Of a DNA stretch of 14,460 nucleotides, positions 7,656-13,722 are shown piece after piece. Position numbers and translations under genes: made by a program. The notes beneath the pieces are model-generated. The model was not told the DNA's origin and made no database searches. It was given only the letters and a program-made list of their open reading frames with translations. Source of the stretch: a virus (taxonomy: Duplodnaviria; Heunggongvirae; Uroviricota; Caudoviricetes); the IMG/VR virus record IMGVR_UViG_2645727821_000004, positions 1 to 14,460 of that record; one strand, 5' to 3'. Each line of letters begins with the position of its first letter. The stretch's first letter is position 1.

Positions 7656-8471
7656 ATGACTACTTTTACCGACAAAGAACTGATTAAAGAAATCAAAGAG
7701 CGCATAGGCAGCCTGGACGTTCGAGACAATATTGAGCGCCGGTCGTATGAAATTGCACTGGCATCGCTGGAACGCGAACAGATTCGCCACGAGCATGCCA
7801 AATGGTCTGACTCCACATTTGGCTGCGTTGGCCCCATTGGTCCACTGAAACACCTCTCAAAAGAGGCACTGGAAGCCGCAGCCGAACCAGACGATCTTAG
7901 CGAGTGGGCTGATATGCAGTTTCTGTTGTGGGATGCACAGCGCCGTGCTGGCATCAGCGATGCTGAAATTAACGTTGCTATGGAAGATAAATTGAAGATC
8001 AACATGGAGCGCCAGTGGCCTGAGCCAAAAGATGGTGAGCCTCGCTTGCACATTAAAGAACCCGGCAACTCTCCGGTAATTCCGGATGGTTTATCCACGG
8101 TATGCGCTGAGGCTTATCAGGTTGTAGGAGTTATGGCAGATGCGCTTGGTGTATTCGGTGATGCAGCAGTACAGAAAGTTCTGGATAACCTGTCACAGCA
8201 AAAACTTGTTCACAGAGATGTGCTGCCGTTCTCGCTTCCGGTAACTCCGGATGGTTGGATAAGCTGTAGTGATCGAATGCCTGAAAAGGGCCAGAACGTG
8301 CTTATTTCGGTGAATTTCGATAGCTCTCTGGTTGAACCGCTAATATGCTCCGCACGCTATACCGGAAGCACCTTTCGGCGCGGAGATGCAACGATTAAGC
8401 CGGGTAATGGTATTGAGCAAGCAACTCACTGGATGCCGCTACCGGAACCGCCGCAGGAGGTGAATCAATGA
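7656..8471 (+). CDS. phage protein with DUF550-like N-terminus and DUF551-like C-terminus
   Basis: 271 aa. C-terminal PDGWISCSDRMPEKGQNVLISV ... THWMPLPEPP is typical of DUF551 as I recall it. Confidence 0.6.
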   Translation: MTTFTDKELIKEIKERIGSLDVRDNIERRSYEIALASLEREQIRHEHAKWSDSTFGCVGPIGPLKHLSKEALEAAAEPDDLSEWADMQFLLWDAQRRAGISDAEINVAMEDKLKINMERQWPEPKDGEPRLHIKEPGNSPVIPDGLSTVCAEAYQVVGVMADALGVFGDAAVQKVLDNLSQQKLVHRDVLPFSLPVTPDGWISCSDRMPEKGQNVLISVNFDSSLVEPLICSARYTGSTFRRGDATIKPGNGIEQATHWMPLPEPPQEVNQ

Positions 8472-8551
8472 GCTGGCCTGAAGCGTTCACAACGGTAGGA
8501 ATTGCAATGGCGGTGGCGCTGGTGGTGTATTCTATTTGCCGCTGGGGGTAA
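8468..8551 (+). CDS. small hydrophobic peptide (27 aa, MSWPEAFTTVGIAMAVALVVYSICRWG)
   Basis: ATG overlaps the upstream stop (ATGA at 8468-8471); AGGAGG SD at 8455-8460. One predicted transmembrane helix. Below the track size cut-off. Confidence 0.4.
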   Translation: MSWPEAFTTVGIAMAVALVVYSICRWG

Positions 8552-8711
8552 GGTATTGAAAAACGCCCACACACATAAGTTGGGCACCTGAGTTGCGGGG
8601 ATAGGGAGTTAGTTAAATAGTTATACAACAATACCTGATTTTGTATTGAAGCAAGGAAGAGGTTGCCACATATTGAATCATGCACGTGTACGTCAAATGC
8701 GGGAGGTCATC

Positions 8712-8801
8712 GTGCTGGTTCTGAAATGTGCGCTGGCTATTGCGGCTGTAATGGCAATTTATTGTCTTGTTATTGTTCTTATGGATCACCTTTCTGATTG
8801 A
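8712..8801 (+). CDS. small hydrophobic peptide (29 aa, GTG start, MLVLKCALAIAAVMAIYCLVIVLMDHLSD)
   Basis: GGGAGG at 8701-8706, 5 nt before GTG at 8712; stop TGA at 8799-8801. Possible promoter TTGAAG-N17-CATATT upstream (~8648-8676). Confidence 0.3.
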   Translation: MLVLKCALAIAAVMAIYCLVIVLMDHLSD

Positions 8802-8955
8802 TTTTATATTGGCGAGGTGACGAGAGTTAAGTAGAATTGCTGCGGGTGCTTGAGGCTATCTGCCTCGGGCATGAACAGCAACGGCAGATAGATAAAAGCC
8901 CCAGTTAACATTACGCGTCCTGCAAGACGCTTAACATTAATCTGAGGCCCAATCT

Positions 8956-9153
8956 ATGCTTCACAAACGTAGGTTAGCCTCTTACGAGCCGAAAGGCAAG
9001 GAGAAGCAGGCTATGAAGCAGCAAAAGGCGATGTTAATCGCCCTGATCGTCATCTGTTTAACCGTCATAGTGACGGCACTGGTAACGAGGAAAGACCTCT
9101 GCGAGGTACGAATCCGAACCGGCCAGACGGAGGTCGCTGTCTTCACAGCTTAA
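8956..9153 (+). CDS. mok-like reading frame (in-frame N-terminal extension of hok)
   Basis: ATG at 8956 in frame with hok, as in recalled chromosomal mokC/hokC. 65-aa track ORF. Confidence 0.4.
   Translation: MLHKRRLASYEPKGKEKQAMKQQKAMLIALIVICLTVIVTALVTRKDLCEVRIRTGQTEVAVFTA
9013..9153 (+). CDS. hok: Hok/Gef-family type I toxin (HokD/RelF-like), apparently truncated by a premature stop (46 aa)
   Basis: MKQQKAMLIALIVICLTVIVTALVTRKDLCEVRIRTGQTEVAVFTA matches recalled HokD up to a TAA at 9151-9153. In-frame continuation GAA CCT GAG GAG TAA encodes EPEE-stop, the canonical Hok C-terminus. Confidence 0.8.
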   Translation: MKQQKAMLIALIVICLTVIVTALVTRKDLCEVRIRTGQTEVAVFTA

Positions 9154-9239
9154 GAACCTGAGGAGTAAGAGACCAGGCGGGGGAGAAATCCCTCGCCACC
9201 TCTGATGTGTCAGGCATCCTCAATGCACCCACACTTAAC

Positions 9240-9256
9240 CCGCTTCGGCGTTTTTT
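9240..9256 (+). terminator. putative intrinsic terminator at 3' end of hok transcript
   Basis: CGC-TTCG-GCG short stem with UUCG tetraloop, then T6 (9251-9256). Stem is short. Confidence 0.4.
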
Positions 9257-9311
9257 CGTTGATTAACTCTAGTTATCAGAGAACCGAACTTTTACTGATG
9301 GGGGCAGGGAG

Positions 9312-9704
9312 ATGAAGAAACTTGTTTTAGTTGCAGGTGTAATGATTGCAACAGTAATGTTGGGAGGGTGTGCAGCAAAGGTCGATCCTGCGTTGAAAGC
9401 AGAAGCAATGAAGCCACTAACATGTAAAGATGAAAAGCAATGTGACTTTTATTGGAAACGCGCGCAATTCTGGTTGGCTAATAATTCCGCATGGAAAATT
9501 CAAACGGCGACAGACACGCTAATTTCCACTTATAACCCCTCACCAAATAGTCCACTCCTCGCTTATCAAGTGAGTAAAATGCCAAATGAAGATGGATCCT
9601 CAAGAATTTTCATCCAGCCTTTTTGCGATAATATGTTTGGCTGTCAACCAAACCTCTATCAGGCGGTTGTTTCCTTCAAAAACTTCGTTAGAACTGGGCA
9701 GTAG
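9312..9704 (+). CDS. prophage lipoprotein (130 aa), function unknown
   Basis: Signal peptide MKKLVLVAGVMIATVMLGGC with lipobox LGGC; GGGAG SD. Confidence 0.65.
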   Translation: MKKLVLVAGVMIATVMLGGCAAKVDPALKAEAMKPLTCKDEKQCDFYWKRAQFWLANNSAWKIQTATDTLISTYNPSPNSPLLAYQVSKMPNEDGSSRIFIQPFCDNMFGCQPNLYQAVVSFKNFVRTGQ

Positions 9705-9896
9705 TGTATAGCGGGGACGGTAAATTATTAGTGAAAACGCCGTGAACCCTCACCCAATGTGAGCTAACCCCATCAAACATGACTGTGATGATTAGCATAC
9801 CCGCTTCAGCGAGTTTTGTTTTTTCCGGGAATTCTGGTTTACAATCTGCACGCCAGCCTGAACAACTGGCACCTGCTGCGCCAGCAGAGAAAACAA

Positions 9897-10169
9897 ATGG
9901 CGCACAATACCAAAAATCACAATTCTGATGCCGTTCGTGCCAGCAGGCATGGGCGGCGTTCGCGCGTATTTAAAACCGACTGGTACCAACACCCTCCATG
10001 CACTGAAGAACAGGCCGAATGGCTGATTCAGTGTTACCGCAGACACGGATACGAGATTAAGAAAGCCCTCAGCCTCGATTATCGTCACTGGATAATCTCC
10101 GTCAGGCTTCCTTACTCCGAACGCCCACCGCGTCCGTCCCGCACATTCCAGCAACGGATCTGGAGGTAA
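9897..10169 (+). CDS. small basic protein (90 aa), Rem-like by position
   Basis: ATG at 9897 inside track ORF 9816..10169. Sits immediately upstream of the YdfU-like gene as rem does in Qin. Candidate promoter TTGTTT-N18-TACAAT at 9816-9845. Confidence 0.45.
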   Translation: MAHNTKNHNSDAVRASRHGRRSRVFKTDWYQHPPCTEEQAEWLIQCYRRHGYEIKKALSLDYRHWIISVRLPYSERPPRPSRTFQQRIWR

Positions 10170-10170
10170 C

Positions 10171-11217
10171 GTGCGGGTATTACTTCGACCTGTTCTGATA
10201 CCGGAACTCGGGCTGGTGGTCCTTAAGCCCGGTCGTGAATCCATGCCGGTATTTCACAATCCTCGAGTGCTGGTGGAGCCGGAACCGAAAAGTATGTGCG
10301 GCCTGCCATCCGGAGTCGTCCCTGCCGTTCGCCAGCCGCTGGCGGAGGATAAATCATTACTGCCATTTTTCAGCGATGATCGGGTGATTCGTGCTGTTGG
10401 CGGCGCTGGGGCACTGTCTGACTGGCTGTTGCGTCATGTCAAATCCTGCCAGTGGCCTCATGGTGACTATCATCACAGTGAAATCGTCATACATCGTTAC
10501 GGTACCGGCGCGATGGTGTTGTGCTGGCACTGCGACAACCAGCTGCGTGACCAGACATCCGAATCACTCGAGCAACTTGCTCATCAAAACCTGTCAGCAT
10601 GGATGATTGACGTCATCGGTCACGCAATAAGCGGTACGCAGGAGCGTGAATTATCTCTGGCTGAATTATCCTGGTGGGCGGTCCGCAATCAGGTGGCGGA
10701 CGCGCTACCGGAAGCGGTATTACGTCGTTCGCTGGGGTTGCGTGCGGAAAAAATCCGCTCAATGTACCGTGAAAGCGACATCGTACCGGGAGAGCAGACC
10801 GCCACCAGCATACTGAAGCAGCGCACAAAAAATCTTGCGCCGCTGCCTCACGCCCACCAGCAAAACCCGCCACAGGAAGAGGCGGTGGTCAGCATTGCCG
10901 TTGATCCGGAGTCTCCGGAATCTTTCATGAGACGACCTAAACGTCGCCGTTGGGTAAAGGAGAAATATACGCGCTGGGTGAAGACACAGCCGTGTGCGTG
11001 TTGTGGTCAACCAGCCGACGATCCCCATCACCTGATTGGTCACGGTCAGGGAGGGATGGGAACAAAGGCCCACGATATTTTCACGCTACCGTTGTGCCGG
11101 GAACATCACAACGAACTTCATGCGGATCCGCTGGCGTTCGAAGAAAAGCATGGCTCTCAGGTTGATTTAATTTTTCGTTTTCTTGATCACGCCTTTGCAA
11201 CCGGCGTGCTTGGGTAA
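10171..11217 (+). CDS. YdfU-like DUF968 protein (348 aa) with HNH-like C-terminal Cys/His cluster
   Basis: GTG start 1 nt after the upstream stop; GGAGG 5 nt upstream. C-terminal CACCGQPADDPHHLIGHGQGG ... CREHHNELH. Length matches recalled YdfU (~349 aa). Confidence 0.7.
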   Translation: MRVLLRPVLIPELGLVVLKPGRESMPVFHNPRVLVEPEPKSMCGLPSGVVPAVRQPLAEDKSLLPFFSDDRVIRAVGGAGALSDWLLRHVKSCQWPHGDYHHSEIVIHRYGTGAMVLCWHCDNQLRDQTSESLEQLAHQNLSAWMIDVIGHAISGTQERELSLAELSWWAVRNQVADALPEAVLRRSLGLRAEKIRSMYRESDIVPGEQTATSILKQRTKNLAPLPHAHQQNPPQEEAVVSIAVDPESPESFMRRPKRRRWVKEKYTRWVKTQPCACCGQPADDPHHLIGHGQGGMGTKAHDIFTLPLCREHHNELHADPLAFEEKHGSQVDLIFRFLDHAFATGVLG

Positions 11218-11229
11218 AAGAGGTTACTG

Positions 11230-11592
11230 ATGCGTATAGAGCTTGTTTTGCCTTACCCGCCAACGGTGAACACCTACTGGCGACGTCGTGGCAGCACATA
11301 TTTTGTATCAAAAGCCGGTGAGCGTTATCGCCGGGATGTGGCGCTTATTGTTCGTCAGCAGCGACTGAAATTAAATCTGTCCGGTAGGCTGGCAATCCGA
11401 ATTATTGCAGAGCCACCGGATAAACGCCGCCGTGACCTGGACAATATCCTGAAAGCACCACTGGATGCGCTGATGCATGCCGGACTTCTCATAGACGACG
11501 AGCAGTTTGATGAAATTAATATAGTGCGCGGTCAGCCTGTTCCTGGTGGGCGGCTGGGCGTGAAGATTTACGAAATAATGCATGACGGGTAG
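11230..11592 (+). CDS. rusA: RusA Holliday-junction resolvase
   Basis: 120 aa. PYPPTVNTYWRRR ... DKRRRDLDNILKAPLDAL ... GGRLGVKIYEI aligns to the RusA family including the catalytic acidic cluster. AAGAGG SD. Confidence 0.85.
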   Translation: MRIELVLPYPPTVNTYWRRRGSTYFVSKAGERYRRDVALIVRQQRLKLNLSGRLAIRIIAEPPDKRRRDLDNILKAPLDALMHAGLLIDDEQFDEINIVRGQPVPGGRLGVKIYEIMHDG

Positions 11593-11600
11593 GTCCAAAA

Positions 11601-12422
11601 ATGAAACTGGAAGATTTACCGAAATACTATTCCCCAAAATCGCCAGGTCTGACTGATGCATCCGTCTCGACGTCAAAAGATGTGCTGAGCATCACTGATG
11701 TGATGGCTGCGCAGGGTATGACACAAAACCGGGCTGAGATGGGATTTTCTGCGTTCCTGGGGAAAATGGGCATCAGTATGAATGACAGGGCGCGGGCAAC
11801 AGAATTACTGGCAGATTATGCACTCAGTCGGTGCGATCGCGTGGCGGCGTTGAGAAAACTTCCGGCAGAAATAAAACCGGCAGTGATGCGTATTATGGCT
11901 TCGTACGCTTTTGAGGATTATGCCCGCAGTGCAGCGAGTAAAAAACAGTGCCCTTGTTGCGGTGGGAAAAAATTTATTGAAAGCGTAGTTTTTACAAACA
12001 AGGTCCAGTATCCGGATGGCAAGCCGCCAGTATGGGCAAAGTGTACAAAAGGCGTGTATCCGTCTTACTGGGAGGAATGGAAAAAAGTCCGGGAGGTGGT
12101 GAAAGTCTCCTGTCCAGAATGCAAAGGGAAAGGGGAGGTTTCTACGGCCTGTAAAGATTGCCGTGGACGTGGTGTTGCCATTCATCGTGAAGAGTCGGAA
12201 AAACGGGGTATGCCTGTTATCAGAGACTGCCAGCGTTGTGGTGGTCGTGGCTATGAAAGATTACCGTCGACGGAGGCATTTAATGCCATATGTGAGGTAA
12301 CAAAGCAGATAACACGCGCGTCATGGGAAAAAACTGTTAAGCAATTCTATGACACGCTGGTGATTAAGTTTGATATTGAGGAAGCATGGGCAGAGCGGCA
12401 GTTAAAAAAGGTAACCAGATAA
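11601..12422 (+). CDS. putative late-gene antiterminator Q (QuuQ/phage-82-like), with four CxxCxGxG zinc-finger-like motifs
   Basis: 273 aa. Position between rusA and a promoter/terminator pair is the Q slot. Motifs CPCCGGKK, CPECKGKG, CKDCRGRG, CQRCGGRG. Call is by position and zinc-binding character. Confidence 0.55.
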   Translation: MKLEDLPKYYSPKSPGLTDASVSTSKDVLSITDVMAAQGMTQNRAEMGFSAFLGKMGISMNDRARATELLADYALSRCDRVAALRKLPAEIKPAVMRIMASYAFEDYARSAASKKQCPCCGGKKFIESVVFTNKVQYPDGKPPVWAKCTKGVYPSYWEEWKKVREVVKVSCPECKGKGEVSTACKDCRGRGVAIHREESEKRGMPVIRDCQRCGGRGYERLPSTEAFNAICEVTKQITRASWEKTVKQFYDTLVIKFDIEEAWAERQLKKVTR

Positions 12423-12427
12423 CAATG

Positions 12428-12456
12428 TTGATTTTTCCGGAATCTGTGGTAAATTT
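12428..12456 (+). promoter_or_regulatory. candidate late promoter (PR'-like) just downstream of Q
   Basis: TTGATT at 12428-12433 with TAAATT/AAATTT 16-17 bp downstream; 6 nt after the Q stop. Confidence 0.35.
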
Positions 12457-12502
12457 ATCCTAACGATGGGCGTTTTATGCCTGACGTTAAAAGATTTTTT
12501 AC

Positions 12503-12526
12503 AACCCGCCGCCGTGCGGGTTTTTT
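12503..12526 (+). terminator. intrinsic terminator (tR'-like)
   Basis: Stem AACCCGC/GCGGGTT (12503-12509 / 12516-12522), loop CGCCGT, followed by a T-run. Confidence 0.65.
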
Positions 12527-12630
12527 GTTGGTTTAACAGGTTATAATGTATAGTGCGAAACTGCCTGTTCAGCAGAATCATTTTGTTTGTAGTAGAGTTC
12601 ACAAGTCGTCATTATCAGGCAAAGAGATTT

Positions 12631-13032
12631 ATGGTATTAAAGTATCAGCCGTCTGTTCGTTCTGTTTTAATGTGTGATTTTCGGGGAATGGTTGTTCCGG
12701 AAATAGTCAAGGCCAGGCCAGTGGTAGTAGTATCCAGAAACAGACACAACAATCAATTGGTAACAGTGGTACCAATAAGCACTACTGAACCGATCCCTCG
12801 CAGAGATTGCCATCATGAGTTATCAGAAAACCCCATTCCTGGTAATGAGCATATTACTTGCTGGGTAAAATGTGACATGTTGATGACGGTTTCATTGAGC
12901 CGACTGGATCGCATAAAAACCAGAAACTGGGAGGGGCGAAATTATATTGTTCCTATGATTGCGGAAGATGAGTTTGAGAATATTAAACGGGCGGTATTGC
13001 ACGGGATAGGGATGGCTTATCTGTATCGATAA
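12631..13032 (+). CDS. MazF/PemK-fold toxin-like protein (133 aa) with no adjacent antitoxin ORF
   Basis: By-eye parallel to MazF: CDFRG ... E..KARPVVVVSRNRHNNQLVTVVPISTT vs MazF VDFDP ... RPAVVLSPFMYNNKTGMCLCVPCTT; C-terminal ...IKRAVLHGIG vs ...KINVLIG. Perfect TATAAT at 12542-12547 upstream. Confidence 0.6.
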   Translation: MVLKYQPSVRSVLMCDFRGMVVPEIVKARPVVVVSRNRHNNQLVTVVPISTTEPIPRRDCHHELSENPIPGNEHITCWVKCDMLMTVSLSRLDRIKTRNWEGRNYIVPMIAEDEFENIKRAVLHGIGMAYLYR

Positions 13033-13067
13033 TCGAAAACGATTATCGAATTCGATATAAATTTATA

Positions 13068-13096
13068 TTGACACACATAGTGTGTTGACTGATACT
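13068..13096 (+). promoter_or_regulatory. strong sigma70-like promoter candidate with embedded inverted repeat
   Basis: TTGACA at 13068-13073, 17-bp spacer, GATACT at 13091-13096. Spacer holds ACACA-TAG-TGTGT and a second TTGAC. Confidence 0.5.
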
Positions 13097-13185
13097 GTCG
13101 CTGTACCCTGATGGGACTTGTGAGACTTCCGAACAGGAAGCCAGGAGTAGCGATAAGGTGATGACAAGCCTGCTGCCCCTGTGTA

Positions 13186-13217
13186 AAAGGCATCTTAATG
13201 GTGCCTTTGTCATTTTT
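13186..13217 (+). terminator. terminator-like hairpin 1
   Basis: Stem AAAGGCA/TGCCTTT (13186-13192 / 13202-13208), 9-nt loop, T5 at 13213-13217. Confidence 0.45.
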
Positions 13218-13228
13218 ATCAAAAGTTC

Positions 13229-13251
13229 CCCGCCATTGAGCGGGTTTTTTT
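13229..13251 (+). terminator. intrinsic terminator 2
   Basis: Stem CCCGC/GCGGG (13229-13233 / 13240-13244), loop CATTGA, T7 at 13245-13251. Confidence 0.65.
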
Positions 13252-13374
13252 ATGCCTGAAAAACGACACAGGACGTTAAACGCGCTGGTGGTTGCGAATA
13301 TCAGTTTTTCAGCTTGCTGGCTTTTCAGACAAGAGTTATTGGTATGTCACGTTAACCAGAAAAGGGAAAAAGAC

Positions 13375-13572
13375 ATGCTAAAACAGCAGGATATGACCGA
13401 AACCGCCAGAGTGGTGTTTAATGAATTAAGCGTCACCGAACCGACGACCGTCGGGGAGATTGCGCAGAATACTTACCTTTCACGCGAATGCTGCCAGTTA
13501 ATACTGACCCAGCTTGTTATGGCGGGCCTGGCAGATTATCAGTTTGGTTGTTACAGACGCCTTCCGCAGTGA
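13375..13572 (+). CDS. small winged-helix DNA-binding protein (65 aa), PapI/FaeA-like
   Basis: ATG at 13375 with AAGGGAAA SD, inside track ORF 13252..13572. ARVVFNELSVTEPTTVGEIAQNTYLSRECCQLILTQLVMAGLADYQ aligns by eye to PapI; the similarity is modest. Confidence 0.45.
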   Translation: MLKQQDMTETARVVFNELSVTEPTTVGEIAQNTYLSRECCQLILTQLVMAGLADYQFGCYRRLPQ

Positions 13573-13581
13573 AGGCTTTTT
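13559..13581 (+). terminator. intrinsic terminator overlapping the wHTH gene stop codon
   Basis: Stem GCCTTC/GAAGGC (13559-13564 / 13571-13576), loop CGCAGT, T5 at 13577-13581. Confidence 0.65.
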
Positions 13582-13722
13582 AATTTGTGGTAATGGGCGG
13601 CTGGTGGGTGTTAGCGGCACCTGCCAGCCATCTGCTCATGCGTTGGGGTCACAAGCAAACCTCAGGCCCATCTGCTTTGCGCAAAAGCGGTATGAGCCTA
13701 TCAGAGAAGCGCTTATTGATCT

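Noticed and set aside
2862-8685. Long minus-strand ORFs inside the rightward early/replication block (e.g. 2900..3256, 4224..4838, 5821..6252, 6579..7143, 7649..8098, 8395..8685)
   Set aside because: All are antisense to well-supported plus-strand genes with SDs and tight operon spacing; products are Ser/Arg/Cys-rich. They are shadow ORFs of GC-rich coding sequence.
10391-12185. Nested and antisense ORFs within ydfU, rusA and Q (10391..10606, 10613..10873, 10759..11073, 10950..11165, 11081..11311, 11371..11676, 11805..12185)
   Set aside because: Fully overlapped by better-supported genes, with no independent start signals.
12423-12630. Type III (ToxIN-like) RNA antitoxin upstream of the MazF-fold gene
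   Set aside because: The promoter, terminator, toxin layout is reminiscent of ToxIN, but no tandem repeats are visible in the roughly 80 nt before the terminator, and the protein has PemK/MazF-type rather than ToxN-type features. Left as an open question.
13100-13230. tRNA gene in the post-Q region (as in Stx phages)
   Set aside because: No conserved T-loop (GGTTCGAATCC-like) or D-loop motifs and no cloverleaf-compatible acceptor stem were seen.
13252-13374. N-terminal extension of the wHTH gene from the ATG at 13252 (106-aa version)
   Set aside because: That ATG lies directly on the T-run of the 13229-13251 terminator with no SD; the internal ATG at 13375 has an SD and gives a PapI-sized protein.
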